A stretch of DNA of 64,000 nucleotides from Eledone cirrhosa (taxonomy: Eukaryota), in assembly GCA_964016885.1 (NCBI GenBank), contig OZ024743.1:67270001-67334000 (forward strand). The letters run 5' to 3'. Below, piece by piece: positions 40,470 through 54,300 of the stretch. Made by a program: the position numbers and the translations under genes. The notes below the pieces were generated by a model. It had not been told where the DNA came from and made no database searches. It saw only the letters and a list, made by a program, of their open reading frames with translations. Position 1 is the first letter of the stretch. Each line of letters begins with the position of its first letter.

Positions 40470-40690
40470 ATGTTCACATACACTCAAACATGTTCACATA
40501 CACACACAGAAGCTATACACACACAAATACACACAAGAGCTATACACACACAAACAAATACACCAGAGCTATACACACATGTACACATACACACAGCGCT
40601 ATACACACATGTACACATACACACAAGAGCTATACACAGACACACAGAGCTATACACACATGTACACATACACAGAGCTATACACACATC
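40470..40690. repeat. ~28-bp minisatellite (AGAGCTATACACACATGTACACATACAC)
   Basis: About 7 degenerate units. Confidence 0.85.
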
Positions 40691-40911
40691 TATCTGTTGT
40701 ATTCTCTGAATAGTTTAAAAGCTGTTACATTATATCAATGAACAAATTGAAATGACGCTTACTGTCACCTTAACTCAGAATTATTTTACCATTTAATTCA
40801 CCGTCTCAAAATGTTCATACGTCTGAATTAGTTGTGATAGCAGAGTAGAGGAATAGAGCGAGGATTGGGGGGAGGAGGGGTTAGAAATATAGGGACTGAA
40901 ATGTGGGTGGG

Positions 40912-40913
<2 letters not shown>

Positions 40914-40994
<81 letters not shown>

Positions 40995-42090
40995 GCGGAG
41001 AGAGAAGAAAGTGAGGATGGGGGTGAGAGGGCGCAAAGGGTATATAGGGAAAGGGGGAGGGTGAGAAAGTGATGAATAAGCACGAAAAGAACGTATGGAA
41101 AGTGCGTGATGAGCAAGAGATTGACAGACAGGGAAGGAGAGAGAGGGGGAGGGGAAGGAGAGAGGGGATAGGGGAGGGAGAGAGGGGATAGGGGAGGGAG
41201 AGAGAGGGGATATGGGAGGGAGAGAGAGGGGATATGGGAGGGAGAGAGAGGGGATATGGGAGGCAGAGAGAGGGGAAGGAGAGAGGGAGGGAGAGAGAGG
41301 GGAAGGAGAGAGAGGGAGGGAGAGAGAGGGGAAGGAGATAGAGGGAGGGAGAGAGAGAAATGTAAAAAAACAAAACAAACAGAAGAATGTAGAAACAGCA
41401 GTCGAAGAAGAGATGGATAGACATGTAGAAAGTTAGGGAGAGAGCATGATGGGAGGGGCTTAGACAAGGGAAGATATAGTCCGAAATAAAGGGATAGGAA
41501 GTGTGAGAGAGTGTTTGATATAAAAAAGCTAGTGAGTCCAGAGGAAAGAGAGATAGAAAAAATAATAGAGAGATGTGATAGAGAAAGTAGATGTGGATGG
41601 TTAAAGGTGGTGGTGAGAGAGAGACGTGGTTGTAATGTTTGTTAAAGAGATAAAAGATGATGTTGAGTGAGGGGATATCTAGAGAGAGAAAGAGAAAGGA
41701 GCGAGAAGGAGCGAGAAGGAACGAGAAGGAGCGAGAAGGAACAAGGAACGAGAAGGAACGAGAAAGGGAGAGAAAGGGAGACAAAGGGAAAGGTAGAGAT
41801 AGATAGATAGAGCTAGAGGAGAGTGATAGTGAGGTGGAGATAGAATGGAGACTAAGGATGGAGTTCAGAGAGATAAAGATGGAGAGAAGAGACTCAGGGA
41901 GATGTAAACAGAGAGAGAGAATCGTGGGAGGAAGGGTAGATATAAATAGAAAAAGCGAGAGAGGAGAGTGAGGGAGTGTGAGTGAGGGAGTGTGAGTGAG
42001 AGAGAGTGAGGGAGTGTGAGTGAGAGAGAGAGAATGATGGGGGAAAGTAGAGATAAATAGAAAAAAGTGTGAGGGAGAGGTAAAGAGATA
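40914..42090. repeat. (GA)n and GA-rich polypurine low-complexity tract
   Basis: Direct inspection. Confidence 0.9.
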
Positions 42091-42654
42091 GAAACAATAT
42101 AATTGAAGAAATATAAATTAGTGTTAAATATCTTGGAAGACATGAGTTGGGATTCACAATAAAGTCAAATCTATCATTCTGTTAAAGACATAAGAAAAAT
42201 CACTATGGGACGATGACGATGACGGTGATGGTGATGACGATGATGGTGGTGATGTGTAAATAAGGAGAATGTAAATTCATAATTAAAGAAAGTATTCTAA
42301 TCTTAACAGAGGATTTGCTAGTAAAGTCAATAACCTGAAATGCTGTGAGGTGTAAAAGAGCAATGTTTCTTCGTGTTCAGCCTCTGGTTGGCAAAGAACA
42401 ATTGAGTAAAAATAAAATATAAACGTCATCGGTTTCTTCTAAATCCGAATGTTGCAGTTTTATTTTAAATTTCAAGCTCAACAGATGGGAGCAAGTATGG
42501 TTGTGTAGACACTAGTTTGATCCTACTGCCCTGTAGTTTGATCCTACTGCTTATGTAGTCTCGTAGTAACCAATATCATGTGGTAGACGTAAACTGAATG
42601 GAAGCTCTTAGGGTGATGCATGTATATATATGCATGTGTATATATATATATATA

Positions 42655-43070
42655 TAGTAATAATAATAAATGTGAAGACTAAAATCCAAAGAGGGCTCGA
42701 TAAGGATAAATATATATCAAATATATATAAACCCTAGAGCAAAATATTTATTAAAATAAATTAAAATGAAGAATAACATGGTCGGCTGTACAAAAAGTTT
42801 TTTTTTTTTTTTTTTACAGTATTAACAATTGTTTCATTGATCAGGTGAGTCTAAAGGCCGCTAATCGTTAGAAATTGTGTCACTCGAACTTAATGACAGT
42901 GTACTATGAACAAATCATTGGAATACTATCCAGAGACACACAGAGTACTCACAACCTCTAACTGAATTAACTAAAACGATAACTTGTTATCCCATATATA
43001 TACCGAGGGAAATAGGAGGTAACCACGGTTAGAAAGGTACTCAATACGTTAGTTGAGTGCAAACATCATT
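42655..43070 (-). mobile_element. Probable Penelope-like pLTR remnant
   Basis: 42657-42715 is the reverse-complement homolog of ~61885-61945. The minus strand has a hammerhead-like 3' half GAAACAATTGTT near 42822-42834. Confidence 0.45.
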
Positions 43071-43363
43071 ATTTAATTTAGAAATGGCTCCTACAGAGAT
43101 CTAGTCATGTAGAAGCCATTTCTTTATTATATGTATGTATGTATGTTCTTTTGGTTTTATAATTTCACACATTTTTACCAATAGAGAGAGAGTCGGTTTC
43201 TAACATACACAAGACTCTCACTGGAATTTACACAACATCAATTAGGTAGATTATGTATGCATGCATGTGTAGATATGTATGTTATTGTATGTGTGCATGT
43301 GTATATGCTTTGTATCTGTACATGTGTATATGCAGTTATTAGATGTACAATTTTTGGAATGTT

Positions 43364-43690
43364 TTACATATTTTTTACTGTTCCATTAACGGATTGTACT
43401 TGTAATTTCCTAACTAGTTGTGTTCTTTCTGTGCCTGTGAAGCCCAGCTTCTCAAGATTTGTATTGAGGCAGTTACTAACATATCCCAGTGCCCCAATAA
43501 TAACAGGCATAAATCTGAAGGTGTAATCAGGGTGGAGTATCTGCAGTTTTCTCATCAGTTCTGCATAAATATTCTCCTTTTCGCTAATCTTTCCACTACT
43601 GTGCATGCTTTCTTTTCCCTGTCCCATATAATATCTGGTCTCTTATGCCTGCATTTTATTGGGGTTTTTACTGGAACATTCGACCAGTAC
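43364..43690 (-). pseudogene. R4/Dong-like non-LTR retrotransposon, RLE C-terminal fragment
   Basis: KISEKENIYAELMRKLQILHPDYTFRFMPVIIGALGYV...LQVQSVNGTVK matches the EK..Y / P(V)IIGALG ending of R4-group elements. Confidence 0.75.
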
Positions 43691-43697
43691 TCTTTCA

Positions 43698-43792
<95 letters not shown>

Positions 43793-43824
43793 CACACATA
43801 TATATTGAACAGAAGAATAAATAA

Positions 43825-44012
43825 TTGATTCTACTTTTGGCTCAAGGCGAGCAATAACCCAGTACATTACTGGTACTTTATTTTATCGACCCTGTAAGGA
43901 TGAAAGGCAAAGTTAACCTCGGCGGGGTTTGGACTCAGACCATAAAGGGCCGTAACTCTTGGCTGTAAAGCATGGCGTCCGACCCTCTACCGATACTGGC
44001 AATCCACTGCCC
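43825..44012 (-). mobile_element. SINE family B
   Basis: Homologous to 61478-61662 and 49370-49535. Confidence 0.85.
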
Positions 44013-44867
44013 TTGAGTGAATACATTCAGAAGAATAAATAATATCAAATAGAGAGTCTTTGGATGCTATCTCTGAAAGAATCGTAGAAATACGGCTTCT
44101 GAACAAGTGAAAATAAACTAATTCGTCAAAAACTATAATACCCCAGGGAACACATCAAATATTAAAGTGAAACATCACTTCAGAATGTTTTTATTATTCT
44201 TGGACCCCCCCCCCCCCCCCCACACACACACACAAAAACAAAGTAACAGTAAATAAAAACAACAACAGCTAAACCAGGTAACAGTTGTACAGAAATTCAC
44301 TTCCTGCAAGCCGTTCGTCTATTCACACATTAATCTCTAATGTAAAAGAAAAGAAACTTTCTATATATTAACACGAGAAACAGTCTCACTGCCATAACAA
44401 AATCAACTACCCCACTGTAAAACACTCCATTGTTTATGCAATCCCAAATGAGGTTGAAACCATTATATATATATATATATATACATACATACATATATAT
44501 ATATACATACATATATATATATACATACATATATACACACACACTCGCACACAAATATATATTTGCATATGTAAGAGTTTATGCGCATGCATGCATGTAT
44601 ATGTGCATGCATATATAGTGTTTCCGAAGAAACAGATCAAAGAATAATAGCGCTCTATGTAATGTACATAGCCAAAGCAGGAAGTGAATTCTATATGCGA
44701 GACGTGTAAGGGCAGAAACTATCATGAGAGAATGTGGGATTACATTTAGGAGGTACAACAGTAAAGGGATGAGGAACAGTAAAGGGATGAGGCCTGCTAG
44801 CAAATCTAAAACTACGTTTAAACTCAAAGATAACGGAACAAAGAGGAAGGCTCGTCTGTATTGTAAT

Positions 44868-45181
44868 CAGGGCAGGATTTTATGGGGGACAAAGGAGGCA
44901 ATTGCCCCGGTACTCCTGGTGTGTGCGTGTGGAGCGGGGAAGGGATACCAGCGATGGCTGGAGCAGTTTATTTGTACCCTCTGTAGGGTTTTTTTAGTTT
45001 TAGGATGGTTAGATTGTGTTGTATGTATACCTGTATGCATAACTTTTCAATTCCAATTTCTTGCACCAAGCTGACTTTGATATGTTAAATTGGATGTTCG
45101 CTGTGTATTCTAACTTTTTGTGTATGAGGGGTCCCCCAAACCTGAAGTGCTCGGTCGCCCCAAGTTCCAAATTCGGGCCTG
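44868..45181. mobile_element. hAT-type MITE
   Basis: Imperfect TIRs CAGGGCAGGATTT / AAATTCGGGCCTG. 8-bp TSD ATTGTAAT (44860-44867) / GTTGTAAT (45182-45189). Confidence 0.75.
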
Positions 45182-45449
45182 GTTGTAATTGGTTGTTTAT
45201 ATAAAATGATATTTGAAACATATACCTGCATCATACTACATGGCTTTTAACAGATTTCTCTATATTCTTTATTTACCCAACTTCACTACTGTAAAAACTG
45301 TTCAAGATCTCTTGCTGTGAGAACGAACCCAAAGGCTCGTGAGAACGAAATGAGCTTCTTAAGCATTCGTCCATGCAGTGAATAATAACTCATGTACTCT
45401 AAAAAATGTCTAAAGTCTGTCTCGAGCTAGGAGGCACATCGAGCAGGTG

Positions 45450-45690
45450 CATATCTCGGTCTCAGTGACATGAAGCGACTGAGAATATAAGACTCCCCAC
45501 TGGACACGATGACAGTCCATCGTGGATTAAACAACCAGATATTACTGGTACTCATTTTCAGCTAAGTATACTGGAGAAACGTGAAACGAAGTATTTTGTT
45601 CAAGAACACAATACACAACCTAACCCAGGAATCGAACACCACGCCATTATGATCGTAAGTCCAACACCATTACCACATGGTCACGCGCCT
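45450..45690 (-). mobile_element. SINE family A-related copy with a different tail
   Basis: Minus-strand tRNA head (GTTCGATTCC) and core TTCTTGAACAAAATACTT. Confidence 0.7.
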
Positions 45691-47696
45691 CCACCTCATG
45701 TAGACGTTATTACAAAGAAATAATAAATGATCCACTGTCATTTTTTTTTATATATGAAGGGCCATTCGGTTGCAAATGGAAATAACTATTTGGCTACAAC
45801 ATTAAATAGATAAAAGAAAAAACAACTAAATATTTATGATCACAGCCCCTCTTTCAGACACAGGCCACCCAGGACCTAAGTGTCATTAGTTATTTATATT
45901 AAGACATTATAATGTGATTTGAGGAAGATTTGGTTGCTATTTCTGGAAGGTCAAGAGACCATAGATTCTCCCTTGTTGGCTTGTCAATATTAATTATGTC
46001 GTGGAATTTTAGAGATTTTTCTATTTTAAAAGCAGAAGAATGTCGATTTTTTTTTTGATATTTGTCTAAGGAGATGTGTGGTTGGTAGTTTCAGGGGTGG
46101 TGGGTGGTGATGGTGCTAATAATGGTGGTGGTGATGATGATAATGGTGCTGCTGATGATGATAATGGTGGTATAATGGTGCTGCTGATGATGATAATGGT
46201 GGTGGTTGTGATGGTGACGGTGCTGCTGCTGATGATGGTGGTGACGGTGCTGCTGCTGATGATGGTGGTGATGGTGGTGACGATGCTGCTGCTGATGATG
46301 GTGGTGATGGTGGTGACGGTGCTGCTGCTGATGATGGTGGTGCCGATGATGGTGGTGTCGATGAGGGTAGTGGTGATGATGGTGACAATGGTGGTAATGA
46401 TGGTGACGGACCTGATGATTATGATAGTGATAGTTTCATGATGATAGGGAAGATGGTAATGATGAGGGTGGTAGTGATGATGATGATGGTTATGATGATG
46501 ATATTAACACCTGGTTCACCGACAGTAGAACTGGCAGAAAGCCGCCCTCAGGAAATATTAAGAACAAAAAAAAGACAAAAATAATTTCATAAAATATTTA
46601 CAGACTTGACATCAACACCACCCCATCAGCATCACTACTATACGCCTCACCACCCCCATCAGCATCACTACTATACTCACCAGCTCCCCTATCCTCGCTT
46701 TCATCTATGCTATCATCATCACCATCACTACCACTGAAACTTACCATCATCACTTCTAACACCACCACCGCCACCATTATCAGCATAAAGCCCATCATCA
46801 CCACGACAACCACTCTTCTACAATCACAATGCTTCCCATCAATACCACCACCACCAATACCAAATAGAAGAACAACACCGTTAAAATAACTACCACCACC
46901 ACCACCTTTATCTCAAGCAGCATCAATACTGCAATCACTTCTACCATTAAAACTACTAACATTACAACTACCTTTATCACCATCAACACCATCACCACTA
47001 CCATCGCATAAAACACGCATACATACAGAAACATATGCATACATAAACCCACAGCCATATACACCACACTAATATATGGTCGAAAGGAATTTGTTGAGCG
47101 ACCCACAAATGTCTTTTACCTCAATTCTCACAGGAATATCATCTTAAGAGAAAATTGTTTTTGATGTTGTGATCTGCTTTTGCATACATACATATATATT
47201 TACATATATATATATATATGTATGTATGTGTGTGTACATATATACATATATATACATATGAACGCCCGCACACACACACCCACACACACTGTATATATGA
47301 ATATATATAAAAGAGCACGCGCCCGCGCACACAGACATATTTGTGTACATTATATATAAGACAGAGAGAGATACGCTCGCCCCGACTCAATCTCACACAT
47401 ACACACATCCACAAACATGTATATATTTAGTAGCAACATCAAAATCAGCCCAGGACATACCTACTGTATTCAGACTTGGAAGGAGAGGGTGTGATTTCTT
47501 CCAGAGAAGAATAGAGATTAAGAGAATGGAAGATACATAAGGAAGAATGGAGCTCAGTTCTTGACTGGTACTTTTCATGGATCTCGAATAGATGAAAGGA
47601 AAAATCGACCTCGGTGGAATTTAAACTCAGAGAGCAGAAAGACGAAACGAATACCGCAAAAATTTCAATCCCCGACGTCCTAAAGACTGCCAAATC

Positions 47697-47740
<44 letters not shown>

Positions 47741-47743
<3 letters not shown>

Positions 47744-47970
47744 AAAAGTCAGCTCAAAAGTGACACAGAGGAGACTGAGGTTAGCTGGACATGCTCACCG
47801 ACATCCAGAGTTGACATTGCACTCAGTGCTCCTTTGGGAGCCCCTACATGGACACACTAGAAGAGGAAGACCAAGGTAAACATATGTTGATGCCCTAAGG
47901 ACAGACACTGGTCTGTTGGAGACGCAGGACATGGCAGCGATAATGAGGGACAGAGATCTCGGGAATTTTA
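47741..47970 (+). pseudogene. RTE-clade LINE 3' fragment
   Basis: KVTQRRLRLAGHAHRHPEL..LLWEPLHGHTRRGRPR*TYVDAL..MRDR is a typical RTE C-terminus. Confidence 0.85.
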
Positions 47971-48066
47971 CCCGCCTTAGATAGATATATATATATAATC
48001 AAGGTTTAGCAAATAAGAAAAAGTTTTAAAATAAATTTTAAAAAGTTCACTGTACCAGCTGTAATT

Positions 48067-48151
48067 ACCCTTAGCGTACGGTTTCAAGTCTCAAAATAAA
48101 TGGATAATCCATGCGGAAATCCATTGAAAAGGAAGACTCTCGTCAGAGGGT
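48067..48151 (-). ncRNA. Type I hammerhead ribozyme motif (Penelope-like pLTR type)
   Basis: Minus strand reads ACCCT-CTGACGA-GAGTCT..long stem II..AGACTT-GAAA-CCGTACGC-TA-AGGGT. Core boxes are intact, stems I and II pair, and stem III is near-palindromic with one mismatch. Confidence 0.75.
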
Positions 48152-49369
48152 TCTTTTCACTCGGAGAATATAAAATTCCCGAGTTCAAATCACGAACTGG
48201 CGCTATTCAAAATTGTTCCCGAGATGAGAGTGAATGATAAAGAAGCAATTCTGTCCAGTGCCGTGTGCAAAGATAGAAGGCAGAGGCAGAAAGGTCAATC
48301 TACTGCCACTAGAAATAGCAGCAGTTAAAATGACCAAAATGTTATCTCGACCAGGGGAGATTAATAATAATAAAGTATGTATTCCTACATGCCAAATACA
48401 TATAGGGACACATGTATTATCCAACCGTATGCCAATGTGATTCTATGGCAGGTTAATAAATTAACGAGCCAGAACATATATAATCATATATATATATATA
48501 TATAGGAAACGAAAGGAGCTGTGTGGTTACTGAAAACCAAGTTTAAGATGGTAGTATGGACGAAACAAGAAAACAAAAAAAAAGAGAAAGGATCCTTCAT
48601 CAGCTGTAAAAACCGAGATCAAGATGTTTCGGCGCTTAAATACAGGACATCTCTAAGCGATCAGTGGTGCACCCAAGGCCTTTTCACAATCAAAAGGCCA
48701 AGAGGAAAAGAAAAGAAAAGGGAAGGAAAAAGAGGAAAAAGAAGAAAAAGAAGGAAGAAGAAGAAAGGGGGAAAGCTAGTGAGGAGAGAGGAAGAAAGAG
48801 AAAAAAACAGGTGAACAGACCCGGTAGACGTAAGTCTGGAAAGATGCGATAACAAGAGGCCAGTGTTACCGTGAAGACTCAATCGAAGCAGAGAGAGAGA
48901 GAGAGGCGGAGCAACCAGAAGTGAAAAGGAGGAGCTCCGGGCGTTTCGACAATTAGGTCTGGACTAAGCGACCAGTAATAGAATGGCGGCGGGAATCTAG
49001 CTTAACTTAACAAGGGGTACAGTCCATATATGTTCATGCAGTTAAAGTTAAAAAAAGCAAAAATCTAAGCAAAAATTCTCAAAAGTTTGTTGTTTTTCTC
49101 CGGGAGTGGGCAGTGATCTGGGGTGGGGGTTATCTTAGTTCAAATGGCTCGTTTAGTCATGCTATATGTCGTGTATATAGTGTATAACCTTCTTTGCGGC
49201 GGGGGGCTAGACAGGCTGAAATAGAGGGGGGAAGGGGTTAGTAGACAAACTGACCTGAAAGTGCCAAGCAAGCCAGACGCGCACACACACCATTAAAAGA
49301 GATTTTATCCTAACGAACTATTTGTTATCTGTAGAAACGGTATTATGCTTATAGCTTGGTAGTATCGGA

Positions 49370-49535
49370 GAGGGTCGGACGCCCTCTTTGCAGCAAAGAT
49401 TTACGGCCCTTTATGGTCTGAGTTCAAATCCCGCCGAGATTAACTTTGCCTTTCATCCTTACGGGGTCGATACAATAAAGTACAAGTAATACACTGGGAT
49501 AATTGCTGGCCTTGTGCCAAAAGTAGAAACAATTA
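49370..49535 (+). mobile_element. SINE family B
   Basis: B box GAGTTCAAATCC, family body, tail GCCTTGTGCCAAAAGTAGAAAC. Confidence 0.85.
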
Positions 49536-50346
49536 TGCTTAACTTCAATTCAAGAGGAAAAAACAAACAAACGAGAGGAAATATAATTTCGGCATATATA
49601 AGTCAAAGAGGATAGCGTAGTGTATTTATGTTTTTGTTAGCGTTTTAGCTAAGTGAAAGATAAAGCAAACTAAGCATTAAGTCAGCTCCTCATAAAAAAA
49701 ATCTAGTTATCAATTAGTCTATGGCCGGGAAAGACGCCTCATACACTACTTTACTTTTTTTTTTTTCTAATTTTCAAACACCCATAAATCAACAATTAGT
49801 CTTAAAGATAGTACTAATCATCTCCACTCTAGTACTATCGCATATTAGCAAAGGTTCTGTAGTAAAGTAAATTCCTCAAAAAGCCTGAAAGTGTCAATTT
49901 AACATGTATATTTCGACCTAAGGATGGTTGGGGTTTCCTCTATCTTAGTATGTCAGGGGGAAGGATATTAACGCCAATATCTACTTACCCGGTCGTGAGA
50001 GGAGTTGAATGTAATGAACATATAGTAGGACAAAACGAGTCATTAGATCTAAGGTGAATTGGATAAAAAAGTGAATCTTTAAATAAACAATAAAATATAT
50101 TTAATCAACAGCCACGAAATTTAGTAGATAAATTATGTAATATTCCTTCATTATTTATTCAAAGTAATCCAACTTATTTTACTAATGGGTCGATAAAATA
50201 AAGTACCAGTAATACACTGGCAAAATTGCTGGCCTTGTGCCAAAAGTGGAAACAATTATGCTTAACTTCAATTCAAGAGGAAAACAAACCAAACGAGTGA
50301 AAATATAACACGTTCCAATCTTTGGGTTGTGGTTATGCTGGTGCAC

Positions 50347-50386
<40 letters not shown>

Positions 50387-51020
50387 ATACCAATGATGGT
50401 TGGCAAATCACTGATGAGGGACTAATTTTATAATATGTAATCCATGTGCAACCATGCAGTATTCTTCTCCCCATGTTTTTCATTATATTTACCTAAACTG
50501 CGATTATCTGTTTCTGTCTTTCTCTCTTGCTGCTCCCCCGTTCTCTCTGTTTCTCTTACCTTCTTTCGTCCCCTCTGTCAGTTAACACTTTCTCTCGACT
50601 GACCTCTTCCTCGCACTTTCACTCACTCACCCTCTGTTTCTCCCCTTCTCACTTTCCTCCGTTCGCTAGTAGTGGGGTTCCTTCTTTCTCACACCGCATT
50701 CACGGCGTACGGTCTGCTTCTCTGACCGCTCATGAAATTCACCCAGCTTATGCTGATCGAATAACTATCATGATAGCTTGCTGTTTGCCCAACCTTCGGT
50801 TTGCTTTTCCTTCTGTTGTTTACTTGTCTCACTCGCTCTACGCGTTTCACTTGTCCCAATAGCTTATTTTAGTTATTGCTCGCACCAACCTGAGATATCT
50901 GATTTTTAATGCGATGAAATACCAATGATGGTTGGCAAATCACTGATGAGGGACTAATTTTATAATATGTAATCCATGTGCAACCATGCAGTATTCTTCT
51001 CCCCATGTTTTTCATTATAT
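50387..51020 (+). repeat. Element bounded by identical ~100-bp direct repeats (50387-50488 and 50918-51020), embedded in (TA)n
   Basis: The repeat ATACCAATGATGGTTGGCAAATCACTGATGAGGG...CATGTTTTTCATTATAT occurs twice. Confidence 0.8.
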
Positions 51021-51099
51021 ATATATATATAACATTCCATTCCGCTCCGCTCATTTGCATCTAATGCCACACTGTAGGATCATTGGGGATCTTAGACAG

Positions 51100-51340
51100 T
51101 AGAATGTCTCGACGATGTTACTTGAACATATTTACATTCTATCTACAAGGATCTTTCAATGATTTTCGGCTACATATTTAAGAGCTGTGAGATCTTGGAA
51201 CCCCAAAGTCTTGCAGTATCTGCTTCTTATATTAGATGTTGACAGTGGGACATTTGGCACTACGCTGTAGCCTCCTGTTTGGAGGTTGGCGTACTTCTAA
51301 ATAGCTAAATATTGCGCTACACCTTGCAGGGTCTTTCTTA
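51100..51340 (-). pseudogene. Possible highly decayed RLE-type LINE C-terminus
   Basis: Fragmentary KYANLQTGGYSVVP ... ILQDFGVPRS .. SRKSLK. The resemblance is weak. Confidence 0.25.
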
Positions 51341-51371
51341 TATACATGGTGACCCGCTATCTATCTATCTA

Positions 51372-54300
51372 CCCAACCCCACTCCACTCCACCTAAAACC
51401 ACTGCAAAAACACCCACCCGAAACATACCCCTTCCAAATAACACAGACACCACAACGGACGAGGCCCCCTCATCATCACCAAGTGGCGATGAGGGAGAAC
51501 CTCTCCGTTCGAAAAGAAAGAAGAAAAGACACTACAAGAACAAAAAAGCAACAAACATGACTACAAACATACAACCACCAACACAAACAACAAAAAAACA
51601 TTACATCCCCCCCCCTCCCGTCCCGAAAACAAAACCACGACATCACTCCAAACACAAACACCTACAACAAAACGAAAGCTCACACAAGAACAACAGACAA
51701 AAACCAACCCAACACAACAAGAACATTACACATACATAAACAGTTGAAAAAAAAACTTTAACGGAGGTCATCTCCAACAACCCTTCGGTGAAAGCCGAAG
51801 GGAAAACTTTTCCGAACTGTGTAGACAAACCCAATTTAAAGATGATTAGGGTCCCCACGGACACCTATAAGAAAAACTTTCCTAAGGACGTGGGTAATCC
51901 TTGCGTTAAACCCAATAAGCGCGTCCTTTTAAAATGTTTCCCCACCCTCACCCCGACAGACACCGCCTCCCCACCAAACATCTCCGTCCCCACCCCACCA
52001 GAAATCACCGCCCTACCAAACACCCCCTCCAACACCACCATGGACATTGTGCAGCCTGGTCTCCAGGAAGAGAGGAGGTGAGTGAATTCTTTCCTCTTTT
52101 CTAAATCTTCCTCACCGACATGGCGAATGTAAGAGTCGGTTGTGTGAATGTGCGCGGCCTGGGGATGCCCGGGAAACAGGGCAAACTCTTAAACGACCTC
52201 CGGTCGCACAGTATGGATGTGATTGCCATCTGCGAGTCCAGGATCCACAGCGAGCAACAGCTGGCTCCCATCCTTGATGACTATGAGATCTACGCCTCTC
52301 TATGTCAGCCGGGAGGTGGGGGCGGGGTTGCCGTTTTGCTAAAGAAACACCTGCTCCTCGTAACACAGAGAGTACATCGGGGTCCAGAGGGTCGACTGGT
52401 GGTCCTTGGCGTTGACGGTAGTGAAGGTGGAGCCTTCAGGCTGGTGGCCGCATACGCCCCATCCGGGACTTCACGGCCAGACTTCTTCAAACGTCTAGAG
52501 ACTTTTCTGGGAACGTCCCGCTCCTTGCTTTTAGTGGGGGACTGGAATGGAATCCTAGATGCACGTTGGGATTATGTCGGAGTATGTCCCGATAAAGGAG
52601 GGTGTAACAGCCTCAAACAGTTAATCGGCCGATTTCAAATGGCCGATAGATATCGACTAGATTTTCCGACTGTGCCACTGTGGACGTGGACTCATCCCAG
52701 CGGAACGTCTAGATCGTATCTAGATAGGGTTATAGTTAGAAATAAGGATAGGGACATGTTAAGCTGTCCACAAATGTTCATGGTTGCCTATTCAGATCAC
52801 AAACTAGGGACCTGCATGCTCAACCTTGATAGAACCCATAGACAGGCACCCGGCTACTGGAAGCTGAACTCGTCGTTACCGACATGCAAAGCCTACAGTT
52901 GAAGGATTAGCACTTTAGTTAAACAGCACTTGACAGGAGCCATTGTCAACAACAGATGGTGGTACTCTCTTAAGAGGGCAGTTACATTAGACTCGTTAGT
53001 TTTTAGTAAAGAATTAGCGTTAGATAGAAATAGGACCGAGAAGGAACTGATAGATGAAGTAGAAGAAGCAATTAGAAGTGGCAACGTAGCCAGCGTGCTA
53101 GCAACGAGAACGGCCTTGGACCAGTTCTTCGACGCAAAGCACGAGGGCTGCGTTGTCAAAAGCAAAATACCTGCTCTGAGTAACGAGGGAGCCAAAGCTG
53201 TTAGGGGGCCCGGGTGACGGAGGCGAAAAGTGGCAACAAGTCCACGATTCGGTCTTTGAAGGACCAAGAAGGACGCGTGATACGTGATCCGAAGAAGATG
53301 TGCCCGGCCTTTCAGCAGCACTTTGCTCAGCTGTTCGGGCAGGGCGGCGTGAGGGAGGGCCTATGGATTTAGGTCCATAACTCGACGGCCTGCCGCGACT
53401 CTCGGACAGCTAGGCGAAGTTCTGCGAAAGGCCGATTTCAGCCGCTGAGACAGGGGACGCGCTGAGCCAATGCGGCAAACGCAAATCTCCAGGTCTCGAC
53501 GGCGTACCCTACGAATTTTATGTAGCAATGCCGGACTTGTTCTCTGTTCTCCTGGAAGCAGTCTACTGCAACTGGCAGTAGAACGGGAGAATTCCCAGTT
53601 CTGTGACCAGGGGCGCAGTCACGCTAGTCAGGAAGGAAGAGAATAAGGGGGATGACATCGGCAACTTCCGGTCCATAACTCTGCTAAACACAGAGTTACA
53701 GATTTGGTGTTGGTAAAGAGGCTGGCGCTTGTCGTCCAAAACCAGGTGGGAGAAACGCAGACATGTGCAATCACGACCAAGTCCATACACGACAACCTCC
53801 ACCTCATGCGATATATCGTAGAGAGGGTTGGGTGTAAACCCGGCACGGTGGGGCCCTGATCAACTTGGATCAGTCTAAGGCTTTCGATAGGGTTGACCAT
53901 CGTTACCTGGATGCGGTGCTCGAGGCGCCAGGCTTCGGACCCGTGTCCAGGGGATGGATTGCTGCAATGCACAGCAACATGTGCTCAAGGGTCAAGGTGA
54001 ATGGCTACCTCTCGGAGCCGTTCCATATCACGCGATCCATCCGACAGGGACGCCCTCTCTCCTCCCTTCTCTACGTACTGACTCTCGAGGCACTACTGCG
54101 GAGGTTGGAGCTATTGCAGGGCATCCCTCTGGAACCGGGACTGCGTAAAGCGGCAACGGCCTACGCCGACGACGTGATAGTAATGCTGTCGAGCAACTCG
54201 CAAATCGAGGAAGTCGGCACTCTACTGAAGGAATACGAAAGGTTCACAGGAGCGAAGCTGAACCGGGACAAGTCCATCGGTTTGCAACTCGTGGAGAAGC

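Noticed and set aside
48590-48680. Additional minus-strand hammerhead (CTGAT-CGCTTA..TAAGCGCC-GAAAC)
   Set aside because: The core box is incomplete and stems I and III cannot be formed.
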